Shown: in pieces, positions 15,900 through 25,880 of the stretch
How positions within the stretch are numbered: the first letter of the stretch is position 1
How the letters are laid out: each line of letters opens with the position of its first letter
From: an uncultured bacterium
GTDB lineage: Bacteria; Bacteroidota; Bacteroidia; NS11-12g; UBA9320
NCBI GenBank assembly: GCA_963933305.1
Contig: CAWVTM010000001.1
Span: forward strand, 1 to 45,465
Reading direction: 5' to 3'
Length of the DNA: 45,465 nt
The notes under the pieces: model-generated
Told to the model about the DNA's origin: nothing
The model's database searches: none
The model's input: the letters and a program-made list of their open reading frames with translations, nothing else
Made by a program: the position numbers and the translations under genes

Positions 15900-18800
15900 A
15901 TGAATAAAATATTGTTATTATCACTCTTGCTGTTTAGTGTCTTGGCTGGCTTTGGTCAAGATTCTGAGGAAATAATTCTGGCAGATATAAATGCTAAAAT
16001 TAATAAACAAGGATACTCTCCCCATATTGCATTAGAAAGTGATGTACCACTTTCTAATGGAGGGAGGGTTTACTATGGTCAACAGATGCTGAACGGACTT
16101 CCTATATTCAATACAGAATTTTCTGCAGTCATAATTGACGGTGTAGTCACTTCTGCCAATTATAACATAGCTGTAAACGCTGAGAATCGTTTAAAAAGTT
16201 CTGAGTTTGTTTTCACACCTAATGACGCACTCTACAGGGTCGCTAAATTAGATTTTATAGTACCTATATTACCTATGGAGATAGGAAAAGGACAATTTGA
16301 GATTAGAGACGTACAACTTAGCGATGAGCCTGTTAAAATAACACAGATGTGGATCGTTTCAGGAGCAGATATACTGCCTATCTATGAGGTAAGCATGTAT
16401 GAAAAAAATCACAAACACTGGTATAACACGCGTATAGATGCTACCACCGGCAAAATACTAAACCGCAATGACTGGGTTACTCAATGTGCTATACCACATC
16501 CAGCATCTAAATTAAATAAGAATACAGTGCCTAGCAAACCTGCTGTACACTTGAAGAGTAAAAAAGCTTCAAATGCGAGTTATCAAGTTTTTGCTTTTCC
16601 CATAGAAAGTCCTAATCACGGCAATAGAAGCATAGTTTTAAATCCACAGGATGATGATGCTTCACCATTTGGATGGCATGATGATAACGGTGTAGACGGT
16701 GCCGAGTATACCATAACCCAAGGTAATAATGTATATGCTAGTGATGATAAGGATGATGATGATATTCCGGGAGCTTCACCCAGTGGAGGAAGTACACTTG
16801 CTTTTACAGCTCCATATGATAAGAGACAGAGTGCCGCAAACTATTTAGAAGCCTCTACTATTAACTTATTTTATGCTAATAACGTTATGCATGATGTATG
16901 GTGGCACTACGGTTTTGATGAAGCTTCAGGCAATTTTCAAACTAATAATTATGGGAATGGTGGAATTGGAAACGATGCTGTAAATGCAGACGCTCAAGAT
17001 GGCAGTGGTACTAATAATGCGAATATGAGTACTCCTCCAGATGGATTTAACCCTAGAATGCAGATGTATATTTGGAATTCTAGTCCAGGAGGTGATTATT
17101 TTCAAATTAATTCTCCAAGTGCTTCTAAAGGCAAGTACCTAGCGAATAAAGCAGGTTTTGGTCCAGTCTTAACCACTATGCCTATAGTTGGTAATTTAGT
17201 ATTGGCAAATGATGGAGGCGCAGAATCAGAGAGAGGGTGTAATACCTTTATAAATAGTAGTAATGTAGCTGGAAATATAGCTTTAATAGAACGTAGAACT
17301 TGCAACTTTACTGTAAAGGTTAAAAATGCTCAAGATGCTGGTGCAGTAGCAGTAGTTATCTATAGTGATGACGAGAATCCAATCCAAATGGGAGGTTCTG
17401 ACAACTCTATAACTATTCCATCGGTATTAATAACGCTTTCAGCTGGGAATGCTATTAAAGCTGCATTACGTAACGGATCAGTAAATGTAAGTTTGTATGA
17501 TTCAAGTAATCTAGCAGCATCTGTATTCGATAGTGACTTTGATAACGGTATCATAGCTCATGAGTATGGACACGGCATCAGTAATAGACTCACAGGTGGA
17601 CCAGCATCTAGTAGCTGCCTTAGAAATGAGGAGCAAATGGGTGAGGGGTGGAGTGATTTCTTTGCTCTCGTGATGACTCACGAGCCAGGAGATCAAGCTA
17701 GTGATGTGAGAGGAATAGGAACATATGTGACTAATGAGCCTATTACCGGTGGAGGTATTCGTCCCTATCCTTATTCAGCTGATATAAATGCAAGTCCGTA
17801 TAGATATGACGATATTAAACGTTTTTCAGTTCCTCATGGAGTAGGAAGCGTGTGGTGCAGTATGCTGTGGGACCTTTATTGGGCTATGATAGATGAGTAT
17901 GGGTATGATAGTAACATATATACCGGCACTGGTGGTAATAATACGGCTATGCAGTTAGTTATTGATGGACTAAAGCTCCAGCCGTGCAATCCTGGCTTCA
18001 TAGATGGGAGAAATGCTATTATACTAGCTGATAAGCTAAATAATGGTGGAGCTAACGAGCTCCTTATTTGGGAAGTATTCGCTCGAAGAGGTTTAGGCGT
18101 AGACGCAGTGCAAGGAAATACAGATGATATAGGAGATGGCGATGAGGATTATAAAATACCCTCTTATCTGCTCTATAGTCTTAAAATGAAAAAGGTGACA
18201 ATACCTGTCAGCATCAATGATCAAGAACTGAGATATGCTATCAGTGCAGCTAATCTTACCTCATCTGTAGTGGCTAATATTACCATTAGAGATACTTTAA
18301 ACACTAATGTTGAGTTAGTAGAAAGTAGTCTAAGTTGTGATTATACGCTAACTGGAAATGTACTAAGTATGGAGCTAGACAGCATCTCCGCAGGAGACTC
18401 GTTTAAGTGTTCCTACACGGTTATTCCTAAATTTCTGTCAGTCTCTAAAGTGCTTATGGAAGATGATATAGAAAACGGTGAAGGAGAGTGGAGAATACAG
18501 AATCAATTAGGAGTAAATGGGTGGAAAATTGCTAGTACAAATCCTTTGAGTGGCGCTAATTCTTGGTTTGTAGCTAATGCAGAAGAGTCGTCAGATTACT
18601 ATTTAGAACATTCATATGATTTAGCAGAAACAGTTTCACCTATTTTATCTTTCAGTCATTTTATCAATAGTGAGGATACATGGGATGGAGGAGTAGTAGA
18701 GGTAAGAGAAGAAGGAGGTAGCTGGATTGACGCAGCGAGTCTATTCACTCAAAATGGCTATACGAAACAGATACAAGAAAATCCACAGAGTGCAATTTCT

Positions 18801-19307
18801 GGAAGAGCCTCATTCACGGGAAATTCTACCCGATATGTTGAATCAATTATAGATTTAAGTAATTATGCTGAGAAGGTAGTGGAAGTACGTTTTAGATTTG
18901 CTACGGACGGAGCTCAAGGAGGTGCAGGATGGTTTATAGACGATGTCAAGCTGGTAGATGCTGTACTCTTAGTAAATAAAGTCACCGCTTCTTATGGCAT
19001 AGATGGTCAGAGTTCTACCTTAGTAACTACACGTATAGAAGGTGAAAGTATTGTGAATAGTAGTAGTAAGTTAGTATTGAGTGGACTTACTGTTTATCCG
19101 AATCCTACTCAAAATAGATTATTCATACGTACGCAGGAAGATGAACCTTTCACATATCGTCTATGTACAATAACAGGGAAAGAGCTGTTGAAAGGTGAGT
19201 CAAAATCATCCACCTATGTTAATGTCCGAGATCTCACTAGTGGCGTCTACCTGCTTACTATCGATAAAAATGGAAAGCAAGGTACTTTTAAAGTGATTAA
19301 GAACTAG
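15900..19307 (+). CDS. Secreted M36 (fungalysin-family) zinc metalloprotease with PA-domain insert, C-terminal beta-sandwich domain and T9SS type A sorting domain
   Basis: Has a signal peptide. HEYGHGISNRLTGG (HEYGH at 17559-17573) and GEGWSDFFA are the M36 zinc site. The PA-like insert is GNIALIERRTCNFTVKVKNAQDAGAVAVVIY. The C-terminal sorting domain is described in the next feature. Confidence 0.85.
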   Translation: MNKILLLSLLLFSVLAGFGQDSEEIILADINAKINKQGYSPHIALESDVPLSNGGRVYYGQQMLNGLPIFNTEFSAVIIDGVVTSANYNIAVNAENRLKSSEFVFTPNDALYRVAKLDFIVPILPMEIGKGQFEIRDVQLSDEPVKITQMWIVSGADILPIYEVSMYEKNHKHWYNTRIDATTGKILNRNDWVTQCAIPHPASKLNKNTVPSKPAVHLKSKKASNASYQVFAFPIESPNHGNRSIVLNPQDDDASPFGWHDDNGVDGAEYTITQGNNVYASDDKDDDDIPGASPSGGSTLAFTAPYDKRQSAANYLEASTINLFYANNVMHDVWWHYGFDEASGNFQTNNYGNGGIGNDAVNADAQDGSGTNNANMSTPPDGFNPRMQMYIWNSSPGGDYFQINSPSASKGKYLANKAGFGPVLTTMPIVGNLVLANDGGAESERGCNTFINSSNVAGNIALIERRTCNFTVKVKNAQDAGAVAVVIYSDDENPIQMGGSDNSITIPSVLITLSAGNAIKAALRNGSVNVSLYDSSNLAASVFDSDFDNGIIAHEYGHGISNRLTGGPASSSCLRNEEQMGEGWSDFFALVMTHEPGDQASDVRGIGTYVTNEPITGGGIRPYPYSADINASPYRYDDIKRFSVPHGVGSVWCSMLWDLYWAMIDEYGYDSNIYTGTGGNNTAMQLVIDGLKLQPCNPGFIDGRNAIILADKLNNGGANELLIWEVFARRGLGVDAVQGNTDDIGDGDEDYKIPSYLLYSLKMKKVTIPVSINDQELRYAISAANLTSSVVANITIRDTLNTNVELVESSLSCDYTLTGNVLSMELDSISAGDSFKCSYTVIPKFLSVSKVLMEDDIENGEGEWRIQNQLGVNGWKIASTNPLSGANSWFVANAEESSDYYLEHSYDLAETVSPILSFSHFINSEDTWDGGVVEVREEGGSWIDAASLFTQNGYTKQIQENPQSAISGRASFTGNSTRYVESIIDLSNYAEKVVEVRFRFATDGAQGGAGWFIDDVKLVDAVLLVNKVTASYGIDGQSSTLVTTRIEGESIVNSSSKLVLSGLTVYPNPTQNRLFIRTQEDEPFTYRLCTITGKELLKGESKSSTYVNVRDLTSGVYLLTIDKNGKQGTFKVIKN
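19071..19304 (+). other. T9SS type A C-terminal sorting domain of the M36 protease
   Basis: LTVYPNPTQNRLFI...GKELLKGE...LTSGVYLLTIDKNGKQGTFKVIKN. Confidence 0.8.
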
Positions 19308-19321
19308 AATTTATAAATTTC

Positions 19322-19353
19322 AAAAAAAAAGCGGCCAAAGCCGCTTTTTTTTT
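19322..19353. terminator. Bidirectional rho-independent terminator
   Basis: A9-GCGGC-CAAA-GCCGC-T9 lies between convergent genes ending at 19307 (plus strand) and 19371 (minus strand). Confidence 0.9.
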
Positions 19354-19370
19354 GAAATTTCATGACAAAG

Positions 19371-19964
19371 TCACTCTCGCCTTTTTATCTCATCTCTTAA
19401 AAGAGCTGCCTTATCATAATCTTCTACTTGTATTGCTTTATCTAGCTCTACATTCAGCTCATTGAGGCTGAGTGAATTTAAAGTAGAAGCTTTAGAAGGT
19501 TTCACTTTTTCCTCAGCTATGTGCTCAGGCTCATCTAGTTCTATTTCGTCTTTGTTATAGATTATGCCTGCGTCATCTAGGATGGTTTTGTAGGTATATA
19601 TAGGACATTTAGCTCTCAGAGCAAGAGCTATGGCGTCACTAGTGCGGGAATCTATACTGTATCTGTCCCCATGCTGATCAGTGATTAGTTTCGCATAAAA
19701 AACACCTTCTTCAAGTTTATCTATGACTACTTCTGTTAGTTTTATCCCATATTTTTCAAAAGTATCAAACATAAGATCATGCGTAAGCGGTCGCTGAGGT
19801 TTTAATCCTTCTATAATGAGAGCTATAGACTGTGCCTCATAGCTTCCTATAACTATAGGAAGTTTCAGTTCACCTTCTTCTTCTCCAAGTATTAGAGTGT
19901 AACTATTACGTTGAGAGTGACCTGCTGTGAGGCCAATTATATTTAGTTGTATTTTTTTACCCAT
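19371..19964 (-). CDS. Bifunctional nuclease (DUF151) family protein with a C-terminal UVR motif
   Basis: LPIVIGSYEAQSIALIIEGLKPQRPLTHDL...DSRTSDAIALALR is the DUF151 core. The C-terminal VEDYDKAALLRDEIKRRE is UVR-like. Confidence 0.8.
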   Translation of the reverse strand: MGKKIQLNIIGLTAGHSQRNSYTLILGEEEGELKLPIVIGSYEAQSIALIIEGLKPQRPLTHDLMFDTFEKYGIKLTEVVIDKLEEGVFYAKLITDQHGDRYSIDSRTSDAIALALRAKCPIYTYKTILDDAGIIYNKDEIELDEPEHIAEEKVKPSKASTLNSLSLNELNVELDKAIQVEDYDKAALLRDEIKRRE

Positions 19965-19981
19965 AGCAATTAGATAGCTCT

Positions 19982-20947
19982 CTAAGCTAGTCCTTTTACT
20001 TCTTTTACGCGTTTTATTAGTCTAGGCAACACATCAAATACGTCACCTACGATACCATAATCAGCTGCCTTAAAGAAAGGTGCCTCGGGGTCTGTATTAA
20101 TCACACAGATTACTTTACTACTGCCTACTCCAGCAAGATGCTGTATAGCTCCAGATATCCCAGCAGCTATATATAAATTTGGCTTAATAGTGATACCTGT
20201 CTGTCCTACGTGCTCGCTGTGTGGTCTCCACTCCATATCACTTACGGGCTTACTACAAGCTGTAGCTGCGCCTAAAGCTTCAGCAAGATCCTCCACAAGG
20301 TGCCAGTTTTCTACTCCTTTTAGACCTCGACCAGCTGATACGACTAACTCTGCTTCAGTTAATGGTATCTTACCTATTTCTCTATTGGTAGATGTTATCG
20401 TAGTATTTATATCACTAGAACTTACAGATACACTTGCAGATTCGGCAGATACATCATCTCCGTCTTGTTTTATCATGTAAGTGTTTGGTATTATGGTAAG
20501 GACTTTATTACTATGATTGAGGGATACGTGGGCTATAGCTTTACTTGAAAAACTTGTCTTTTTCACAGTAAATCCGCCATCTGTGTTAACCATATCTACC
20601 ACACCAGTTACCAAGGCTGCGTCAATTTTTACAGCTACCAAAGGAGCTACAGATTTACCTGTGTACGTTTGAGAAATAACAATAATATCTCCGTTGTATG
20701 TAGATGATATTTCACTTATTGCCTTTGAATATGCCTGAGGACTAAAAGTTTCAAATGCTTCGCCAGTAACGTTTAGTTCTTTATCGGCTCCATATTTACC
20801 TAAGTTTTCAGGTCCTTTTTCTCCTATAGATAAAGCGATACATTCTGTACCCAACTTGATAGCTAAGTCTTTTCCATAAGTAACAGCTTCAAAACTTGAT
20901 TTTTTATATACTCCGTTGTCGCTCTCTGCGAATACTACTACTGCCAT
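19982..20947 (-). CDS. etfA: Electron transfer flavoprotein subunit alpha
   Basis: C-terminal FAD-binding block VSAGRGLK...GQTGITIKPNLYIAAGISGAIQHLAG...VINTDPEAPFF. Confidence 0.92.
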   Translation of the reverse strand: MAVVVFAESDNGVYKKSSFEAVTYGKDLAIKLGTECIALSIGEKGPENLGKYGADKELNVTGEAFETFSPQAYSKAISEISSTYNGDIIVISQTYTGKSVAPLVAVKIDAALVTGVVDMVNTDGGFTVKKTSFSSKAIAHVSLNHSNKVLTIIPNTYMIKQDGDDVSAESASVSVSSSDINTTITSTNREIGKIPLTEAELVVSAGRGLKGVENWHLVEDLAEALGAATACSKPVSDMEWRPHSEHVGQTGITIKPNLYIAAGISGAIQHLAGVGSSKVICVINTDPEAPFFKAADYGIVGDVFDVLPRLIKRVKEVKGLA

Positions 20948-20950
20948 ATC

Positions 20951-21688
20951 TTAAAATAATTTCTCTTCGTTATGTAAAATATCTATTAATTGCTCCGCGT
21001 TTTCTGCGTCTATCATTTTTACTCCACTTTTAGTAGGAGGTAGCTCGTACTTAGTTACGCTAGTATAATCATACTTATCTATAGCAGGTACTACATTAAG
21101 TGGTTTACTACGGGCCATCATTATACCTCTCATATTTGGTATACGTGGTTCACAGAGGTCTTTTTGAGCACTCACCACGCACGGCATACTCACACTCACA
21201 GACTCTCGACCACCATCTATATCTCTAGTAGCTTTTATGGTGCTATCCTCAGCGTCTAACTCCATGGCTACATTGATAAAAGGCCACCCTAGCATCTCTG
21301 CTACAAGTCCTTGTACCTGTCCACCATTATAATCTATTGATTCTCTACCTGTTAGTACTAGGTCATACTCACCTGCTCTGGCCTGTTCAGCTATCTGTAC
21401 TGCTACGTACATACCATCTTTAGGTGAAGCATCTATACGTATGGCATCTCCAGCACCCATTGCAAGTGCTTTTCTAATAACCGGCTCTGTCTCAGCTTCT
21501 CCTACGGTAATTACAGTCACAGATCCTCCGTTAGCTTCTGTCATTTCTAACGCCCTAGTCAGTGATAACTCGTCATAAGGATTTATTATAAACTGCACAC
21601 CATCTCTATTAAATAGAGTGTCACCGTCAGTAAAAGTAATTTTTGTGGTAGTATCTGGTACTACACTTACACACACTAATATTTTCAT
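20951..21688 (-). CDS. etfB: Electron transfer flavoprotein subunit beta
   Basis: MKILVCVSVVPDTTTKI...INPYDELSLTRALE...DLVLTGRESIDYNGGQV. Lies 3 nt upstream of etfA. Confidence 0.92.
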   Translation of the reverse strand: MKILVCVSVVPDTTTKITFTDGDTLFNRDGVQFIINPYDELSLTRALEMTEANGGSVTVITVGEAETEPVIRKALAMGAGDAIRIDASPKDGMYVAVQIAEQARAGEYDLVLTGRESIDYNGGQVQGLVAEMLGWPFINVAMELDAEDSTIKATRDIDGGRESVSVSMPCVVSAQKDLCEPRIPNMRGIMMARSKPLNVVPAIDKYDYTSVTKYELPPTKSGVKMIDAENAEQLIDILHNEEKLF

Positions 21689-21716
21689 TCTAAAAAATTA
21701 CATTAAAATTGAAGTA

Positions 21717-21724
21717 CAAAGGTA
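21717..21724 (-). promoter_or_regulatory. -7 promoter box TACCTTTG (etfBA)
   Basis: The plus strand reads CAAAGGTA. The box is 28 nt upstream of the etfB ATG (21688). Confidence 0.45.
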
Positions 21725-21745
21725 CAAAAAATTGACCTAAATAAC

Positions 21746-22066
21746 ATGGCAACTAACACTAGAATAGAACAGATTAAAACGTTTTTAAATGATACACCTG
21801 ATGATGCATTCCTAAATTATGCATTAGCTACTGAGTTTGTAGTCTTACGCGAGGATGCTGACGCCTTAGCTATCTATAAACGATTGGTAGATAAACAGCC
21901 AGACTATTATGCGACATACTACCACCTGGGTAAGTTATACGAGCGTATGGGCACAGATGATTTAGCGGAAGAAGCCTATCAGAAAGGATTAGAAGTCACA
22001 AAACGGCTAGGAGAGAAACATGCTTACGGAGAATTAAGAGGTGCCTTCGAAGAATTAACATTTTGA
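21746..22066 (+). CDS. Small tetratricopeptide-repeat protein
   Basis: 106 aa with TPR-like helices (AIYKRLVDKQPDYYATYYHLGKLYERMGTDDLAEEAYQKGLEV). Confidence 0.6.
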   Translation: MATNTRIEQIKTFLNDTPDDAFLNYALATEFVVLREDADALAIYKRLVDKQPDYYATYYHLGKLYERMGTDDLAEEAYQKGLEVTKRLGEKHAYGELRGAFEELTF

Positions 22067-22097
22067 AGTCATAATTTTTGAATATCAGTTCAGTTTT

Positions 22098-22125
22098 AAA
22101 GTGAGATAAAAATTGTTCACTTTTT
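22098..22125 (+). terminator. Possible terminator of the small TPR gene
   Basis: AAAGTGA (22098-22104) / TCACTTT (22117-22123) followed by TT. The stem is AT-rich and the T-run short, so this call is weak. Confidence 0.35.
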
Positions 22126-22227
22126 GGTCTGCCTAGGTGATTTTTTTATAGTTAGTGATATAGTTTCATGAAGATTTCACTCTGTTTTGCTATGCAAGAG
22201 TTGCCTTGATGCGGTAGCTAGCTTCAT

Positions 22228-22235
22228 TATATTTG
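22228..22235 (+). promoter_or_regulatory. -7 promoter box TATATTTG (thioesterase gene)
   Basis: Exact TAnnTTTG match. The track TTG start (22233) lies inside it, and the first ATG (22245) follows after 9 nt. Confidence 0.5.
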
Positions 22236-22244
22236 CCAAACTAT

Positions 22245-22691
22245 ATGGGTAATTTTCAATCTAAAGATTTAAACTTCAAAAAAAAGATAAGACAAAAACT
22301 TAACGGTCAACACTTTATGCACCTAATGGGTTTTGATCTTACAGATATACAAGCTGGTAAAATAGTGGGAGAGATGACTTTAGCTCAGAAACATCAGCAA
22401 CAGTACGGTTTTGTACACGGAGGAGTTACGGCTACTATCCTAGATATTACGATGGGGTTTGCCGCGTATACACTCATGCCTTTAGGCAAAGGAGTAGTTA
22501 CTGCCAATATTAGCGTGGACTACCTTAATCCCGGAGATGGAGACAAGATAATAGCGATAGGTGAAGTGGAAAAACCTGGAGGTAGAATGGTCTTTACTGT
22601 AGGTAAAGTATATGTAGAAAAAGATGGTATACGTACGCAGATAGCTAGTGCTAGAGCTGTGATGGCAGTCATAGATAATTCTGATAGCTAA
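22245..22691 (+). CDS. PaaI-family hotdog-fold thioesterase
   Basis: Hotdog thioesterase pattern HLMGFDL...GFVHGGVTATILDITMGFAA. Start moved to the ATG at 22245. Confidence 0.8.
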   Translation: MGNFQSKDLNFKKKIRQKLNGQHFMHLMGFDLTDIQAGKIVGEMTLAQKHQQQYGFVHGGVTATILDITMGFAAYTLMPLGKGVVTANISVDYLNPGDGDKIIAIGEVEKPGGRMVFTVGKVYVEKDGIRTQIASARAVMAVIDNSDS

Positions 22692-22984
22692 ATCTAGAAA
22701 ACTCAGTATTTTTAGTCGTATGTGGCAGCTAATCTTGGAAAACTATTTGTTCCTACGTATTGGCTCCTAAACCTCAGAAGACTTTTTTTTAATTCTATTT
22801 TTTATCAGTTGTTATCTGCCTTGCACGATCCGTGTAATTATATAATTAGGCCAGCACTATTTTTATGAATGGTTACCAATAATCTTCTTTTTTGGATATA
22901 CTTGTTTAGAGCTTTTATAGAGTTGAGTTTTACGCCAGCATTTCAAATTTTTTATTTCTCCTCTTAATGTCTTTATTATAAATA

Positions 22985-22992
22985 TACATTTG
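22985..22992 (+). promoter_or_regulatory. -7 promoter box TACATTTG (trkAH)
   Basis: Exact TAnnTTTG match 11 nt upstream of the ATG at 23004. The box sequence and spacing are the same as at the HTH gene. Confidence 0.5.
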
Positions 22993-23003
22993 CATATCAT
23001 CTA

Positions 23004-24344
23004 ATGAAGATATTAATAGCTGGAGCAGGCGAAGTTGGTTATCACTTGGCAAAACTACTTACTAAAGAGTCACACTCCATAGTACTTATAGATACAAGGG
23101 CCAAGATACTCAACAGAGCTGATTCTGAGATGGATCTACTTACGATACACGGCAATGCATATTCTCTCAGCGTACTAGATAAGGCAGGAGTAGCGGATGC
23201 TGATCTGCTAATAGCAGTAACTTCTTCTGAGACTACTAATCTTACTATAGCTACTCTGGGTAAGCAGCTCGGTGCTAAAAAGACAATAGCTCGGGTTCAT
23301 AACTCAGAGTTTCTTAAACTGAAAGATAGGCTAGATTTAGGTAGACTAGGAATTGATGTTATTATTTCTCCAGAGGAACTAGCTTCCAAAGAGATTGTAA
23401 GACTTTTAAGAAGATCTTCCTTTAGTGATGCATTTGATTTTGAGTTTGGCAAACTGACGCTTCTTGGTGTATATCTTGGAGAAGAAAGTAAGCTAATTCA
23501 TAAGTCTGTGAATGCTTGCAAACAATTTAATGACGATCAGAAATTTAAGACTATAGCTATAGAGAGACAGGGTGAACCTATTATCCCTACTGGTGAATTT
23601 GTTTACGAAGTGAATGATCATGTTTTCTTCTTATGCTTACCCACTGGTATAGAACAGATTAGAGAGATAAGCGGCAAGAAAAAGCATGAAGTTAAAAATG
23701 TAATGATAATGGGTGGTGGAAACGTAGGTTTCAATACTGCCAAAAAGCTCAGTAGAAGGAAAAATGTAAAACTTATAGATTCTAATACTGAAAGATGTAA
23801 TGAGTTAGCAGACTTGCTACCTGAAACTCTTATCATTAATGATGACGGGCATGATGTGCACTTGCTTGAAGATGAGAATATATCAGAAATGGATGCATTC
23901 ATAGCAGTGACAGGAAACTCTGAGACCAATATAATGAGTTGTTTGGTAGCTAAAAATCATGGGGTAAAAAAAACAATAGCTATGGTGGAAAATATGGATT
24001 ATATAAATCTTTCTCAAACTATAGGTATCGATACACTCATCAACAAGAAATTAATAGCAGCAAACAATATTTTCAGGTATGTAAGACAGGCGGATATTAT
24101 AAATATAGCAGGTATCCATGGACTAGATGCTGAAGTAATAGAAATACATGTATCCCAAAACTCTAAGGCAACTAAAAATATTATAAGTAACTTATCCTTG
24201 CCACAGGATGCTATAGTAGGAGGTATAATAAGAAATAGTGATGCTTGGATAGCAAGTCATTCATTTCAGATAGAGGCTGGAGATAAAGTAGTCATATTTG
24301 CTCTTCCAGACTCCATTAAACAGACTTTAGAAATATTTAGCTAG
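23004..24344 (+). CDS. trkA: Trk potassium-uptake system protein TrkA (two RCK modules)
   Basis: MKILIAGAGEVGYHLA and a second Rossmann motif VMIMGGGNVGFNTA. Confidence 0.9.
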   Translation: MKILIAGAGEVGYHLAKLLTKESHSIVLIDTRAKILNRADSEMDLLTIHGNAYSLSVLDKAGVADADLLIAVTSSETTNLTIATLGKQLGAKKTIARVHNSEFLKLKDRLDLGRLGIDVIISPEELASKEIVRLLRRSSFSDAFDFEFGKLTLLGVYLGEESKLIHKSVNACKQFNDDQKFKTIAIERQGEPIIPTGEFVYEVNDHVFFLCLPTGIEQIREISGKKKHEVKNVMIMGGGNVGFNTAKKLSRRKNVKLIDSNTERCNELADLLPETLIINDDGHDVHLLEDENISEMDAFIAVTGNSETNIMSCLVAKNHGVKKTIAMVENMDYINLSQTIGIDTLINKKLIAANNIFRYVRQADIINIAGIHGLDAEVIEIHVSQNSKATKNIISNLSLPQDAIVGGIIRNSDAWIASHSFQIEAGDKVVIFALPDSIKQTLEIFS

Positions 24345-24349
24345 TCCGT

Positions 24350-25801
24350 ATGTTTCATTTCAAAACAGTGCTGCACATTCTAGGGCTATTAATGATGCTC
24401 AATGGGATTTTTATGGCTACAGTATTACCGGTATCCTGGGCACAAGGGTCTGGAGACTTTAATGCTATTCTGATATCTTCTGCTGTAAGTGCTAATCTCG
24501 GAATGATTATTTGGTTTCTTACTAGAAGTAAGAAAAAGGAGCTATCTAAAAGGGATGGTTATCTCATCGTAACACTTGGATGGATAATACTGGGTATTAC
24601 AGGTTCATTGCCTTTTATATTAAGTGGTAACATAACTTCATTTGCTTCAGCATTTTTTGAGACTATGTCTGGGTACACTACTACAGGTGCTAGTATTCTT
24701 AATAATATAGAAGCTTTGCCAGCGGGAGTAATGCTTTGGCGAAGCATGACTCAGTGGATAGGTGGTATGGGTATTATAGTTCTTACTGTCGCTCTTTTAC
24801 CACTTTTTGGGGTAGGAGGTATGCAGTTATTTATGGCAGAGGCTCCAGGTCCATCCGGGAGTAAGCTCCATCCTAAGATTGGTGACACTGCTAAGAGACT
24901 TTGGATTATATACGTTTTACTGACTATTGTAGAGACCATACTGCTAAAAATAGCTGGAATGACTTGGTTAGATGCGGTTAATCATTCATTTACAACAATG
25001 AGCACCGGTGGATTTTCTACTAAAAATGCTAGTGTAGCTGCTTTCGATTCACCAGCTATTGAGTATATCATCACTGCATTTATGCTAGTAGGTGGTATAA
25101 ATTTCAGTATGCTCTATTTCATAGTTAAAGGCGTTTTTAGTAAGGTTATTGGAAATGAAGAGTTCAAAACATACATCGGAATCATAGTAGTATTTACACT
25201 CCTTATTTCTGGGACCTTGTATTCAAGTACGAATCAAGATCTTGAAGAAAGCTTTCGCCATTCCATATTTCAGGTAGTGACTATTATAACTACTACTGGT
25301 TTTTCTACCGTTAATTATGCTGTATGGTCACCTTTTGCTTATATGCTCATACTTTTTCTGATGTTCACAGGGGGGAGTGCAGGTAGTACAGCTGGTGGAG
25401 TAAAGATAGTGAGACATCTCATTATTCTGAAAAACGGGTATATTGAATTTAAGCGTCTTTTACATCCACGTGCAGTTATTCCAGTTCGTATAAATGAAAA
25501 GAGTGTTGAACAATCTATTGTGTATAATGTGCTTGCATTTTTTTTTATTTACTTGTTTATTTTCATTGTGGGGGCACTTGTTATAACCATGTTTGGTCAT
25601 GATATAGTGACAGCTGCAGGGGCTAGTATAGCTTGTTTAGGTAACATAGGACCAGGAATAGGTGGTGTAGATCCTAGTCATAATTTTTCTTTCTTCTCAG
25701 AAGGAGCTCAAGTCTTTCTGTCCTTTCTCATGCTATTAGGTAGATTAGAGCTATTCACTGTTTTAATTCTGCTTACTCCTGCATTTTGGAAGAAGGTGTA
25801 A
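24350..25801 (+). CDS. trkH: TrkH-family potassium transporter
   Basis: Polytopic membrane protein with repeated selectivity-filter-like motifs MSGYTTTGAS, MSTGGFST and TTTGFST, and with GGSAGSTAGGVK. Starts 5 nt after trkA. Confidence 0.9.
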   Translation: MFHFKTVLHILGLLMMLNGIFMATVLPVSWAQGSGDFNAILISSAVSANLGMIIWFLTRSKKKELSKRDGYLIVTLGWIILGITGSLPFILSGNITSFASAFFETMSGYTTTGASILNNIEALPAGVMLWRSMTQWIGGMGIIVLTVALLPLFGVGGMQLFMAEAPGPSGSKLHPKIGDTAKRLWIIYVLLTIVETILLKIAGMTWLDAVNHSFTTMSTGGFSTKNASVAAFDSPAIEYIITAFMLVGGINFSMLYFIVKGVFSKVIGNEEFKTYIGIIVVFTLLISGTLYSSTNQDLEESFRHSIFQVVTIITTTGFSTVNYAVWSPFAYMLILFLMFTGGSAGSTAGGVKIVRHLIILKNGYIEFKRLLHPRAVIPVRINEKSVEQSIVYNVLAFFFIYLFIFIVGALVITMFGHDIVTAAGASIACLGNIGPGIGGVDPSHNFSFFSEGAQVFLSFLMLLGRLELFTVLILLTPAFWKKV

Positions 25802-25880
25802 AATATGACCTACACTAATCGTTAATTTTACGTTTATTTGCTAAAATCCGTAATTAAATGTCTAATAGTATAATTCATAA

